A stretch of DNA of 53,207 nt from a virus (IMGVR_UViG_3300028121_000007:1-53207), one strand, 5' to 3'; numbered from the stretch's first letter, positions 43,415 to 53,207 are shown. Notes: generated from the letters alone by a model not told the origin. Numbers and translations are program-made.

Positions 43415-45040
43415 CTACTCCGTGATGACTTCGTACGTTCCCGCTTGGGGCCTCCAATTGTTCGCGGGAGTGCCAGCCAAAATCCCGGACGCTTCGCCCA
43501 CCTTGCCAATGCGGATAGGGGTTTCAGCCACAGCGCCCGCGCCTGAGTCGATGTAGTCGTCGTGCTGATTCTTTGTGGCCGGGTTGAAGTCCTTCATCTG
43601 GTCCCACACCGGGCCATTGATGACAGAGGTGTGCGCCCACAGAAACCTGCTCGACATGGGCGCTTCAAAGGCATCAAGAATCCGCTTTTGCTTGTTTTCA
43701 ACAGCATGGTCCTCCACCACCGCACACCGCACGGCAGGCTGTGGCCGGCCAGGGATGCCCTGGCCCGCCATGTGACGCCGCAGAATCGCCGGCACAAACC
43801 CGCCAATCCCGTTCGTTTCCACGGTCACGCGCGGCAGGTGGTTTTCAATCACCAACGCCCGGACCCGCTGGCATTGTTCGTCAATGTCGCCGGTCAACCC
43901 TTCGGCAAACTGCCAGTAGAGCTGCCCGCGCGCATCCGTGAACACCGCAGAAAAGGCTGATGCGTCGGTGTTGACCTTGCCTAAAGCACAGTCCCACCGC
44001 GCCGCCGCGCCGACCAGACGCACCTTGCCCAGCATGAGCATGGTTTCCTTGTTCGCCGTGTCCAGCCGTGGCTTGACGTCATAAGGAATCATCCGAGATG
44101 GGTCGAGCCGCAACTGGTGAACCGGCTTGCTGTGCAATTGGTATTGGCTATCCCATTCGTTCAGCGTGCGGGTTTTCTTGCGCCGCGTCTCTAACTCCTG
44201 CCGGTCAAAGCGTTCTGGCCAAGCGCAACCCCCATAACAATCCACCACTCCGGCAGGCGCAGAGGCGAAAATCAATCGCGTGCCTTCGAGCTTGTAGTCG
44301 GCCCCGGCCACCAGCAGGCGGGTATTTTTGCCAATGCCAAAGAATACGAACTCAGGCGCAAAGGGCAGGTCGTAGGCCGCTTTCTTGGCGTCCTCGATTC
44401 GGTGCTCTTGCGCGAACATGCGAATGGTCAGGCAGTCCGCGCCCAGCCTTTCCATTTCGTCATAGATGCTGTCATGCGTGTGAGGCGTGCCGATGTAGAG
44501 GGTTCGACCACCGGGCACCAGAATGTGTGTCTGTTCTCCCAATCGGTAGCGCAGCTTTTCGCGGGCTTCGGGCGTGCCGATGTTCCTTGGAACTTCTGGA
44601 TCGTCGTTCTGGCACTCGTCAGCGCGCGCACTGGTCACGTTCGACAAGATGCCTTTGGCGTACATCGAGGCATTGCGCGAATCATTGTCTTGCGCGCCCT
44701 CTACCCACCACGATTCCACCGTGCCTTGGCCGCCCGGCATCAAGCCAACAGTCAAAGGATGATGGCGCAGAATGTTTTGCGTGTCGCGGCTGGTCTTGTA
44801 TGCGGTCCCGTCAGACTCCGACTGGTGCAGGATTCGGTAATATGGATTTTGGTAGTAGCGCCAGGCGTTGTAAATCGCCAGCAGGGTTGACTTGCCGAAG
44901 CCCCGGAAGCACCGCAGCACCGCCAGGTTGCCCCGCCGCTCCAGCCAGTAGCAGGCCTTGACGTGAACGTCCGGCACCTGCCAGCGCATCCTGTCAGCCC
45001 AAATCAGGAAGAAAGCCAGCAGCGACGCTTTTTTATCCAC
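43415..45040 (-). CDS. terL: Terminase large subunit (T7 gp19-like); start may be 45058
   Basis: CFRGFGKST Walker A, RAD...DD.EVP.N, IGTPH, VETNG.G, HDDYIDS. Confidence 0.92.
   Translation of the reverse strand: MDKKASLLAFFLIWADRMRWQVPDVHVKACYWLERRGNLAVLRCFRGFGKSTLLAIYNAWRYYQNPYYRILHQSESDGTAYKTSRDTQNILRHHPLTVGLMPGGQGTVESWWVEGAQDNDSRNASMYAKGILSNVTSARADECQNDDPEVPRNIGTPEAREKLRYRLGEQTHILVPGGRTLYIGTPHTHDSIYDEMERLGADCLTIRMFAQEHRIEDAKKAAYDLPFAPEFVFFGIGKNTRLLVAGADYKLEGTRLIFASAPAGVVDCYGGCAWPERFDRQELETRRKKTRTLNEWDSQYQLHSKPVHQLRLDPSRMIPYDVKPRLDTANKETMLMLGKVRLVGAAARWDCALGKVNTDASAFSAVFTDARGQLYWQFAEGLTGDIDEQCQRVRALVIENHLPRVTVETNGIGGFVPAILRRHMAGQGIPGRPQPAVRCAVVEDHAVENKQKRILDAFEAPMSSRFLWAHTSVINGPVWDQMKDFNPATKNQHDDYIDSGAGAVAETPIRIGKVGEASGILAGTPANNWRPQAGTYEVITE
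43457..43491 (-). promoter_or_regulatory. Putative late promoter 4 (tail fibre), inside the 3' end of terL
   Basis: CGTCCGGGATTTTG-N15-AACAAT, about 45 bp upstream of the tail fibre ATG. Confidence 0.6.
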
Positions 45041-45380
45041 CGCTTGACGCTTTCGCAATCACCCGCTCTACCGCAGCACTCGCGCGCCGTTCAGCGTCAC
45101 CTATCTTGCGGTCCAGGTCCGACTCGCGTTCGGCCTCTTTTGGGTCTGTCGCAGGCGCTCTACCCTCGTGGTAAGTCGCCAAATCCATCGTGTAGCGCAG
45201 CACGCCGCCCGTGGACATGGCGTTTTTCTTGGCCCACACCCGGTCGCCGCGTGTCTCCCGGCTCCACTCCGACATGGTTTCGTTCGACCCCGGCCATTCG
45301 TCCGGCTCTGCCTCCATGAGGAAGGCGTCGGCCAGCCGTTCGGTGAGGTCATTGAGTCGCGCTATCTGGTCTGGCCGCAT
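45033..45380 (-). CDS. terS: Terminase small subunit (putative)
   Basis: Directly upstream of and overlapping terL; E.EP.EWPG...RGDR.W.KKNA; AAGGA RBS. Confidence 0.7.
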   Translation of the reverse strand: MRPDQIARLNDLTERLADAFLMEAEPDEWPGSNETMSEWSRETRGDRVWAKKNAMSTGGVLRYTMDLATYHEGRAPATDPKEAERESDLDRKIGDAERRASAAVERVIAKASSGG

Positions 45381-45411
45381 TGCTGTCCTTCGGGTTGGGT
45401 GTCTGCTGTGC

Positions 45412-45445
45412 AGAATCCCTTAAACCGTGGAAACAATCCCGGACA
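45412..45445 (-). promoter_or_regulatory. Putative late promoter 3 (terminase operon)
   Basis: TGTCCGGGATTGTT-N14-GATTCT-GC. Confidence 0.7.
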
Positions 45446-45456
45446 AAACACAAGCG

Positions 45457-45483
45457 CAAACGACAAACCCGCCGAAGCGGGTT
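45457..45483 (-). terminator. Terminator-like hairpin after the ejection-protein operon
   Basis: AACCCGC-TTCG-GCGGGTT followed by TGTCGTTTG. Confidence 0.6.
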
Positions 45484-45588
45484 ACAGGGGAAGCGTGGCC
45501 GGGCGTTACAGTCTCAAGACGCGAACTGGAGTCGCATTCCTGGTTCTGGCATAGTTAACGCCTAAATCATTTACTTGCCAAGGCGCTC

Positions 45589-45894
45589 ATGAGAATCATT
45601 GTTGTTGTCGCGCTTGTAACGGCGCTCTCAGGATGCGCCACAGGCAACCCTGTCCGCATCGAAGGCGTCCGAATAACCTCTCCTGAATCCGTCATTGCCT
45701 GCTCATATATCGACACCGTGTATGGGACTTCATCATGGTATGGAGTTTTTGCAGAGAAAGGCATTGAAAATGCCCGCTTGTCAGCCTTCGACAAAGCACA
45801 AAAACTCGGCGGCACGAATCTCGTATGGGAGCCGACTTCACAAGGCTACGGATCGTCCCAGGTGTCAGGCCGGGTTTACCGTTGTCCGTCTTAA
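45589..45894 (+). CDS. Lipoprotein moron, antisense to the late genes
   Basis: MRIIVVVALVTALSGC lipobox; C...A.KLGG..LV...G.VYRC. Confidence 0.8.
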   Translation: MRIIVVVALVTALSGCATGNPVRIEGVRITSPESVIACSYIDTVYGTSSWYGVFAEKGIENARLSAFDKAQKLGGTNLVWEPTSQGYGSSQVSGRVYRCPS

Positions 45895-48800
45895 TCCCGT
45901 GAGGGCGGCCCAAACAGCACCGATTGCGGACCCGCATCATCCTTCCCTTCATCCCAGGCTTTCCAGCCCTTATAAGAGCGAAGCGACTGCACCACCGGAA
46001 TTCCCAGCGCCGACCCCATGAGGCTGACCAAAGCCAGGACAGCCGGCTCATCCGCTTCGCCCTGCCCAACTTGGGCGCCTGCCTTGCCAATGTCGCCCAC
46101 GATACGACCAACGGGCGGACCGGAATAATCAAACCCCGATATCGCGCTTGAGAACTCACGCAAGCCCACCACCATGCCCAGCAGGTAACCTGCCTGCCAC
46201 TGTGCGACACGCTTGAGCCAGTCTTCCGGCTCGTCGCCGCCCCCGCCCTTGATAGCGTGCATCAACAGACTGGGCAGGATGGCAGGAATTAGCACAAGCA
46301 GACTCATATCCCCTAACCACCCAGCCACCGCGCGAGGGTTTTTGAAGTTCGTCGCTGCCGTGGCCTCTGCCGTCAGGTTCAGCGTGACGGAAAAATAACT
46401 GTAGAACTGCGTCAGCATGGGATGCTTGCGCTGCACTTCTGCCAAGTCCTTTGCCTGCCCGCCGCCCTGGGATTCGAGCACCATTCGATCCGCCATGGCA
46501 ACCGCTGATGCTTCAAGCTCTGCCAGTGCAGCATCATCCAGCTTCGTGTCTCCCGCTGCAGCAATCCCGGCATCCATTGATTTTTCGTACTGCCCCAGCC
46601 AGGTTGGTACATCGGCCACCATTTGCATTTTCTGCATGACGGCAAACAACCCGGCATCGACCGCCATCATGGTTTGGCTTTTCCCGCCCACCGGCCCGCG
46701 AATCTCGCGCAACTCTTTGTTGAACGTCTTGGCGCGCAGGCGCATGAAGTCGGATTTTCCCGTGATAAATGTCAAGGTGTTTTCCATGCGCAGAGCATCG
46801 CCCGCCCACCGCGCGGCACCGCGCATAACATGCTTTGCCCCAATGCGATACATGGATTGAGTCAAGCCGAACGGCTGCAGGAAAGCCGTAGTCAATGAAG
46901 CCCCCATGGTGGCGCGCGTGACATTCGAGCGCAGCATCAGCATGGCCTTGTCGATATCAGTCTGTGCAGCCAGTTCACCCCCGGCAATGCCCATCACGCT
47001 TTCTCGCATGGCCTTAAGCACCTTGGGGCCATAGTGCGCGCGGATAGCATCCACAATCCGCTCGTCGCCCAGCATCCGGTTGGTGTCAATCAGCCACTCA
47101 TGCCAAGCCAGATCATGCGTAACCTGCGTAACGTGCTGGGTGATGACGTCCAGGTCTTTGCGAACGGCTCGTTTCACTTCTTGCGCGCGCTCCTTTGTGT
47201 GACCTCTACGGGTTGTCGCCCGAGTGATAGCGCCCTGCATCATCTCCTTTGCCTCCTGCGCTGCCTCTTGTTGACTGGCGCGATCCGATCTGTCCGTGTC
47301 GTACTTGATAGGGTAGTACCCGCCACGCATGGGCACTGCCGCCCCATTGGACGCCGTGGCAGTCCAGGGCATTGCCTCCACCTTTTCAGGCGCGCTGCCA
47401 GTCAGGCGCATTTCCTTGTCGGCAATCTCAGGCCAATAAGAGTCCAGGTGCTCATGTACACCATTAACGAAGGCTAATTCTTCCTCGCTCAATGTGGCAA
47501 GCACGGCCCTAACCTGGCCTTCCGTCCAGTTGTCGCCTGCCATCACGCGCTGACGATTGTCTGCATTGCCCCAGTTCAAGGCAATGGAAAGGCGAGCGCC
47601 GCGCGTCAGGCTGGCGTTGATTTCCTTGATGAACACCTTGGAGCGCCAGCCGGCCACACCGCCCCGAAGTTTAAGCATGGGCGCATACAGGGCATCCAAC
47701 GCCACCGTCGCCTTTTCCACCATCACATCTTCCATGGTCCCGCGCTCATTCATGGCTCGACCGATGAATTGATACATTGGGCCGTCATCGCGGTTGCCAT
47801 CCATTTGCCGCAGAAGGCTCGACAACTTTCTATGCGAAGCAGCCAAGCCCTCAAACAACTCCCTGATTTTGGATGGCCCCTCGAGCTCCACTGGACGCGC
47901 CTTGCCGCCGTTTTCGATGATCGACACTGACATTTCGGTAGCGATTGCATCGAATTCCCGTTTATCACGCGCCAGCATCAGCCGATTTTTCAGGCGCCCC
48001 ATGTGCTCGATCTGGGCAATGGCATCGCTCAGGCCGCGCAATTCTTCCATGCTGACATTTTTGTAGCTGGTCAATCCCGCTGCGTCAATCAGCGATTGCG
48101 GGATGTTTGGCACAATTCCAAGCTTTTCCTGATCTGCCAACCAATCGGACAAACTGGCGCGCTTGTCAATCGCCTTGAGGCTTTGCCCGGTCCGCAGATC
48201 AAACCGCTCCAGCAATTGGTCAATTTGCGCCAGATACCCCGAATCCAGGCTTTTCCGTGTACCGGGCTTGTCGAATCTTCCCAGTCGCTTGACGATCCGG
48301 AGGGCTTCGTCTTGCGCCGCCATGGCAGCCTTTGCGGCGTGGGCATTAATCAACTGATTGCGCTTTTGCACAGCCGCTGCCTGCAAGTCACCAGCCTTCA
48401 TGGCTTTCGATGCAGCTTGCCCTGCTTTCCTTTCAGCCGCCAAGTATTCGCCCGGGCGCAAATCACGAACCCGTGTCCGCGCCACCATGGCGCTAGCGAA
48501 CTGGCGCACCGCGCTATCCAAAAGTTTAGGCGACCCAGTAGCCTTAAGCAACGCGTTGGCTTCTGTCGCCACGAATCGCAGCCGCGCCTCGTTGTGAATC
48601 GCTTCTTCCGCCGCCCGCTCAATGCCTGCCGGCGTCGCCAAGTCGCCATAGTTCTCAAGCATCCGCTGATCGGTTAGGCGAGATATCAGGTCTTTGGGGT
48701 CTTCTGCTGTGGCCAGTCGCTGCACCAACTCGTCGCCCGACTCCATGCCGAACATTTGCGCCACCACCTCAGGTGATAAGCCCGTCTCGTCGCTTGTCAT

Positions 48801-51800
48801 CCTTAGCTTGGACAACGTGCGCCACACGGCATCATCTTCCGTGCCGTACTGGTCGCGCAGGTCTTGCGTGCGCAGTTTGCCCGCACCCAACAGAGGCAAC
48901 TCAGGAATTACCAACGGTGCATCGCCCATGGCAGCCCGTATATCACGGGTCACAGAGTAGCGATCTATGCCGCCGCGCTGATCGTCGAACAAGGCCTCAA
49001 ACTGCTCCAGGTTGGTCTGGCCGTTCGCGCCTTCGATGATGTAGCCTTCTTCGACCAGGCGCTCAGCCATCGCATCAAGCGACAGCCCGCCCGTCTTGCG
49101 AAGCACGGGCACGCCGAACAGGCCAGACTTGATCCTGTCGCGCTCATCTACACCCCATTGATCCTTTGCTGCCGCACTGTCAATGCCTCCCATCTTGGCG
49201 ATTGCCTCAAACAGGTTATCCACCTCGGGGTTGACTGTTTTGCTTGCGCCCTTCGGTCCCGATCCTTCCACCCTATCGCCGCCGCGCGCTGTAAGAAAAG
49301 TCCACACCCGGTAAACATCTTCACTCATCACCTCTGAGCGGATCTGCATCATCACATCACGCCGCGCCGCATCGTGCTTTTTCTGCATCGCTTTAAGGGC
49401 TCGACTTTTGGCGTTTTGCGCCCACTGCAAATCCTTGAGGCTGCGGGATTGCAACTCTGAAACGCTTTGCTCTGTCGCGCCGCCGGCCTGCAATTGGTAG
49501 ATGTGCCATTCGTCATCCGTCATGCTTGGCGGCTTGGTGGCAAACATTGCCTCGTAGCCCCTCACATCTTCTGCAATCCGGATCTGTTCATCGGTGGCAA
49601 TCATTCGATCCATGACACCGCGCACCTCGTCACTCAATTCGACGTTGAGCGACTTGATGCTTTTGTAAACATCCACCAACCATGCACGAAAGCGGCTGAA
49701 AACCGACTGAATCGCCGGGTTTGGTGCTTTGCCTTCCATAAGGTAGGCTTCAAAGCCGCGCGCAAATTGCTCGTGGTAGCTGCGCTTTTCGTCCAGGCTC
49801 ATGTTGTGCCATTCCGCCTGATCCCTGACGCCCACCCAATTCAAAAAGGTGTTGAAGTCCGCACCTATTTCCGGCGATTGCACGGCCAGGTCCGCCATCA
49901 CTTCCAAAAAGAAATGCCCGCTTTCATGCAGGAAGCTCGTTAAATCTGCGGCCTTGAACAGTGCAATGGTGTTGGTTGACGGATTAAAGCTGCCGCGCGC
50001 GCCCTTGCCTTGATTTAGTTGCGGCCCAGAAACAATCTCGAATGCCGGCTCAGTCGCACCCTTGCCATAGACCGCGCCATCTTCAAGCGTGCCGCCCTCC
50101 AAGCGCCGAACATCATAGCCGCGCCGCCTGAGCGCCTCATACACATTCACCGCATCGGCCTCGACCGTGGAATCACTAAAAACCTTGTTGCCATCGGCCA
50201 GGGCTTTGTCGATCAGCGCCATGTATAGGCTCAAACCCTCACCTTTCCCGCGACTGTCTGCATTCACCTGTGCAGTGCTGATGCGTAGCGCACCGTTACG
50301 GACATGCCCGCCAACCAAGCCTGAATCAGATTTTGAAGACACGAAGTCGCTTCCCGCCTTTTGCTCGACCATCACGCCGCCTTGCTCGTACCCGCCCGTG
50401 CCTTGCGCAACCACCTTTGGGTTGTAGCGTTCAAACAACTGCTCAGGCGTCATACCCACGCGCGAACTCTGCACGGCAAAGAATGCTTTCCACAATGCCG
50501 CATAGGGCTTGTTCACATCATCAGTGAATCGGTTTGCTTGTTTCAGTTGGGCCAGTACGCGCTGCTCGACCACATCGGCAGATTGACGCACGGAATCGTC
50601 TTGCTGGCCACCAAGAACACTGTCCACTAGCGATTGTGTTTCGGCGCCGCGCCCGTCCTGCATGTAGGCAGACGCACTGGATTGACTGAAACCGCCTGGC
50701 TCTGTTTTGAGATGAGGAATCAGCGACTGCTCAAACTCCGATCCAGGCAGGCGCGTCATGAGTTCAGCCGTTGGAATCGCAATGTCTTGCCCTGTGGCAA
50801 TCGCATCCTGCAGGGCCTGTGCCAGCTCAGGCGTAGCACTCAGGCTGGGGGCCAACTCAGACAGCCGGGCCATATCAATACCTGCCGCCTGCAGTTCTGC
50901 CGGGTCAACGTAAACGCGCTCCATCGGGCCATCCTCGACGGCGCTTTGCATGAACCCTTCAAATGTCTCTGCGTCGCGTTCGCGCACCTTGTTGGCTGCC
51001 GAGAATGTCGCCAACTCCTGCAAGACCGCCGCGACGTTTTCGGCTTGTTGTGCCTTGCGCTCAGTGCCATTGACTTTATCAAGAGCACCCTGAATGCCGT
51101 TCATCAGCGTGATGTTGCCGCCTGCACCGATCAATGTCGCAATGGCTGTTTGCGCTGCCGCCTCAGGCCGAGCCGCCAGGTAGTCGCCAAAGGTCTTGCC
51201 TTGATTACTTCCTGTGACCGCCCAATCATTCAGGTCTTGCAGCGCAGTCGCCACCTGTTCACCTTTGTTTTCGGACCAAGCGTTTTTCAGGATCGACGTG
51301 AACAGTGGCGTACCTGCCTTCATTTCCTTCACCAGCCCACGCAGCGGCCCCAGTTCGGTCCCTGCCTCAATCACGCCATCGCTGACGCCGTGGATCATGG
51401 CTTGCCATTGCGGGACGCCAGCGGCTATGTCTTTTTGGTAGCTGTTGCCGCCCGACATCGACGCCATGCCAGTCAATGCCGCCGCCTGTCCACCCGGAAG
51501 AAACGCGGCCAGCATCATCGGGGCATTTTGCGCGAGTGACTGCACGCCACTAGAGACAGCCCCACCCAACCAGGTTGAGGACGTGCCGGCTGATTTCTTG
51601 GCAAGCGCCGCCTCACGGCCCGCAATCTCCATGAACCCTTCACTCAGCCTGTCCAATGGGTTGCCGCCAATGCTGGGGAATTCGTTCATAAACCCCAGCG
51701 GCCACCCTACGGTGCGGGCAGTAGCCCCAAGCGCGCCAGCCGCACCGGACTGCGCACCATGGTAAGCCGCTGCAATGTCGCCGCCAAGCGTAGATTTTTT

Positions 51801-52181
51801 GCCGGGATAGCTGACGACATACTTCGCCGCTTCACCCGCCGCACTAACGAGACTCTCTAGCTTCGTCAATCCTTCCACGTCATCATGCGCAATCGCCGCA
51901 TTGTCAGGGTTCGACAGAAAGCCCGCTGTCAGTGGATTCATGCGCGCCAGGGAGCTTGTATTGAACCCGGCCAGCTTTTCCTGTTGACGCGACCAGTCCG
52001 GCATGGCTTGCGCGGTATCGACCGGAACCCCGAGTGTGGCCGCCGTCTTGCGCCACTGCGCTACTTCGTCCGGGTTCTTGCCGACCGCCTCCTGCAGTGA
52101 TGCGCGCAGGGTGGTATCAGGCGAGGGGCCAGACAGGTAACGGGCTACGGCGGCATTGGCGTCGAATTCTTGAGGCATCAA
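45891..52181 (-). CDS. Large internal virion (ejection) protein, 2096 aa, with embedded GNAT-like and HExxH domains
   Basis: Last gene of the ejection trio; RGKGEG...LY..L; FLHESGHFFL...HEQFARGFEAYL.EGKAP. Confidence 0.88.
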   Translation of the reverse strand: MMPQEFDANAAVARYLSGPSPDTTLRASLQEAVGKNPDEVAQWRKTAATLGVPVDTAQAMPDWSRQQEKLAGFNTSSLARMNPLTAGFLSNPDNAAIAHDDVEGLTKLESLVSAAGEAAKYVVSYPGKKSTLGGDIAAAYHGAQSGAAGALGATARTVGWPLGFMNEFPSIGGNPLDRLSEGFMEIAGREAALAKKSAGTSSTWLGGAVSSGVQSLAQNAPMMLAAFLPGGQAAALTGMASMSGGNSYQKDIAAGVPQWQAMIHGVSDGVIEAGTELGPLRGLVKEMKAGTPLFTSILKNAWSENKGEQVATALQDLNDWAVTGSNQGKTFGDYLAARPEAAAQTAIATLIGAGGNITLMNGIQGALDKVNGTERKAQQAENVAAVLQELATFSAANKVRERDAETFEGFMQSAVEDGPMERVYVDPAELQAAGIDMARLSELAPSLSATPELAQALQDAIATGQDIAIPTAELMTRLPGSEFEQSLIPHLKTEPGGFSQSSASAYMQDGRGAETQSLVDSVLGGQQDDSVRQSADVVEQRVLAQLKQANRFTDDVNKPYAALWKAFFAVQSSRVGMTPEQLFERYNPKVVAQGTGGYEQGGVMVEQKAGSDFVSSKSDSGLVGGHVRNGALRISTAQVNADSRGKGEGLSLYMALIDKALADGNKVFSDSTVEADAVNVYEALRRRGYDVRRLEGGTLEDGAVYGKGATEPAFEIVSGPQLNQGKGARGSFNPSTNTIALFKAADLTSFLHESGHFFLEVMADLAVQSPEIGADFNTFLNWVGVRDQAEWHNMSLDEKRSYHEQFARGFEAYLMEGKAPNPAIQSVFSRFRAWLVDVYKSIKSLNVELSDEVRGVMDRMIATDEQIRIAEDVRGYEAMFATKPPSMTDDEWHIYQLQAGGATEQSVSELQSRSLKDLQWAQNAKSRALKAMQKKHDAARRDVMMQIRSEVMSEDVYRVWTFLTARGGDRVEGSGPKGASKTVNPEVDNLFEAIAKMGGIDSAAAKDQWGVDERDRIKSGLFGVPVLRKTGGLSLDAMAERLVEEGYIIEGANGQTNLEQFEALFDDQRGGIDRYSVTRDIRAAMGDAPLVIPELPLLGAGKLRTQDLRDQYGTEDDAVWRTLSKLRMTSDETGLSPEVVAQMFGMESGDELVQRLATAEDPKDLISRLTDQRMLENYGDLATPAGIERAAEEAIHNEARLRFVATEANALLKATGSPKLLDSAVRQFASAMVARTRVRDLRPGEYLAAERKAGQAASKAMKAGDLQAAAVQKRNQLINAHAAKAAMAAQDEALRIVKRLGRFDKPGTRKSLDSGYLAQIDQLLERFDLRTGQSLKAIDKRASLSDWLADQEKLGIVPNIPQSLIDAAGLTSYKNVSMEELRGLSDAIAQIEHMGRLKNRLMLARDKREFDAIATEMSVSIIENGGKARPVELEGPSKIRELFEGLAASHRKLSSLLRQMDGNRDDGPMYQFIGRAMNERGTMEDVMVEKATVALDALYAPMLKLRGGVAGWRSKVFIKEINASLTRGARLSIALNWGNADNRQRVMAGDNWTEGQVRAVLATLSEEELAFVNGVHEHLDSYWPEIADKEMRLTGSAPEKVEAMPWTATASNGAAVPMRGGYYPIKYDTDRSDRASQQEAAQEAKEMMQGAITRATTRRGHTKERAQEVKRAVRKDLDVITQHVTQVTHDLAWHEWLIDTNRMLGDERIVDAIRAHYGPKVLKAMRESVMGIAGGELAAQTDIDKAMLMLRSNVTRATMGASLTTAFLQPFGLTQSMYRIGAKHVMRGAARWAGDALRMENTLTFITGKSDFMRLRAKTFNKELREIRGPVGGKSQTMMAVDAGLFAVMQKMQMVADVPTWLGQYEKSMDAGIAAAGDTKLDDAALAELEASAVAMADRMVLESQGGGQAKDLAEVQRKHPMLTQFYSYFSVTLNLTAEATAATNFKNPRAVAGWLGDMSLLVLIPAILPSLLMHAIKGGGGDEPEDWLKRVAQWQAGYLLGMVVGLREFSSAISGFDYSGPPVGRIVGDIGKAGAQVGQGEADEPAVLALVSLMGSALGIPVVQSLRSYKGWKAWDEGKDDAGPQSVLFGPPSRD

Positions 52182-53207
52182 AAGCGTCCTGTCCTTGGAT
52201 CGTTGTTGGCTTTGCTGGCCCAGTAGGCGCCCAGCAGGTCGGCGTCGGTCGGTTTGGAATTGCCCGTCGCCTTGAAGGCATCTTCCAGCTTTTTCTTGTC
52301 GGAATCCGGGATGTCGCCCACCCGCATGCTCAGCATGTTCATGCCGGTGGTTCCGGTGTTGAAGCCCATGAAGGTCTTGCGGAACTGAATATTCTGCGCA
52401 AACAGCGCGTCAATATGCTGCTGGGTTTGCGCATCATCGAACTTCTTGCCGCTCTGCCGTTGGGCATCGAGCAAAGACGAGTCCACAAACCGCCGCATGG
52501 CCCCAATGCGCTGTGCGTCGTTGCTGCCGTCCTTCGGTGTCGGGTCCAGGCCCAGGCCAGTGATGCGCTGGTTCAGCACGCGATTGACCGCGCCGTCATT
52601 GAGCGAACCCGGCGCCGCGCTGCTTTTGCCGGACAGTATTTCCGCCCGCTTGGCAGTGAAGTGCTCATAGTCTTTTTGCGACAGACCGGGACGCAGCAGC
52701 AGGAATTCCGCATCGCTCATTTTTGCCATGGCTTCGGGATTGGTCGTCAGCCGGAAGTACAGGCGGTCGTCAGTGATGTCGTCGCCTTTGCTCATTTTTT
52801 GCCCAAAGCTCATGAGGTTGTCGATTTCCTTTGGCGGTATCTGGTTGCGAATCGCCGCCGGCATTTCCGACATGCGCCCGCCGTTGTCCATAAGCCACTG
52901 CATCCCCGTGGACGCGGCCTTTTCTTCACCCTGCTTTTTGCTTTTGATGGCGTCGTCGTACTGGCGGGTCACATCGGCCAGTGCAGTTTGCAGTCGCTGC
53001 GGGCTGTCCATGCCCACACGGTCACGCACTTGCTGGTGCAGGGCTTGCAGCGTTGGCAGTTCTGGCGCACCACCGCCGGCTGCATATTTCTTGCTAACGT
53101 TGACCACGTAGGCTTGCGTTTCGGCGGGCATCTTGGCAAGCCAGTTCTCTGTACGCTGCTGATTGGCCAGCTTGACTGCCTTGTCCACCGCGCCCGGCCC
53201 ACCGTAC
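52178..53207 (-). CDS. 3' part of the SLT-containing ejection protein (joins 1..1247)
   Basis: In frame across the terminal overlap; WLAKMPAETQAYV completes the SLT domain. Confidence 0.9.
   Translation of the reverse strand, partial: YGGPGAVDKAVKLANQQRTENWLAKMPAETQAYVVNVSKKYAAGGGAPELPTLQALHQQVRDRVGMDSPQRLQTALADVTRQYDDAIKSKKQGEEKAASTGMQWLMDNGGRMSEMPAAIRNQIPPKEIDNLMSFGQKMSKGDDITDDRLYFRLTTNPEAMAKMSDAEFLLLRPGLSQKDYEHFTAKRAEILSGKSSAAPGSLNDGAVNRVLNQRITGLGLDPTPKDGSNDAQRIGAMRRFVDSSLLDAQRQSGKKFDDAQTQQHIDALFAQNIQFRKTFMGFNTGTTGMNMLSMRVGDIPDSDKKKLEDAFKATGNSKPTDADLLGAYWASKANNDPRTGRF
53146..53205. repeat. 60-bp terminal overlap (copy 2)
   Basis: Identical to 2-61. Confidence 0.95.

Noticed and set aside
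43409-43417. terL TAG followed in frame by CCC ATG of the tail fibre (possible readthrough or amber recoding)
   Set aside because: Both proteins are complete, the fibre has its own GGAG RBS and promoter, TAG is used as a normal stop elsewhere, and no suppressor tRNA is seen
1-53207. tRNA, rRNA, integrase, RNA polymerase or DNA polymerase genes
   Set aside because: None recognisable by eye; tRNAscan-SE and HMM searches would be needed to exclude divergent ones

Overview
The window is a complete, circularly assembled temperate podovirus genome of about 53,144 bp: bases 2-61 are repeated at 53146-53205, and one gene reads in frame across the junction. The host is probably a betaproteobacterium, possibly Comamonadaceae (inference). 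The virion module is T7/epsilon15/BPP-1-like: portal, scaffold, capsid, tail tubes A/B, three ejection proteins, a T7-type terminase, two tailspikes and a lysis cassette. It is paired with a lambdoid control and replication module: cI/cro with operators, an O-like initiator with internal iterons, DnaB, NinB/NinG, Sak4 and gp157. I recognise no integrase, RNA polymerase or DNA polymerase. Instead there is a compact plasmid cassette (phased centromere-like boxes, parA, an RHH partner, an HTH initiator, and an iteron/DnaA-box origin), so it is most likely a phage-plasmid with two origins. Other highlights: (1) a four-copy late-promoter motif, YGTCCGGGATT-N17/18-(-10); (2) a 910-aa fibre gene with LamG-like and GH12 glucanase domains inserted between scaffold and capsid; (3) a repressor without a self-cleavage domain, overlapped convergently by a STAS/SpoIIAA-like ORF; (4) an exported Cys-rich protein as the first early gene; (5) an expanded lysis cassette containing a hidden 18-aa peptide. 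All family assignments come from motif recognition by eye, not database searches.
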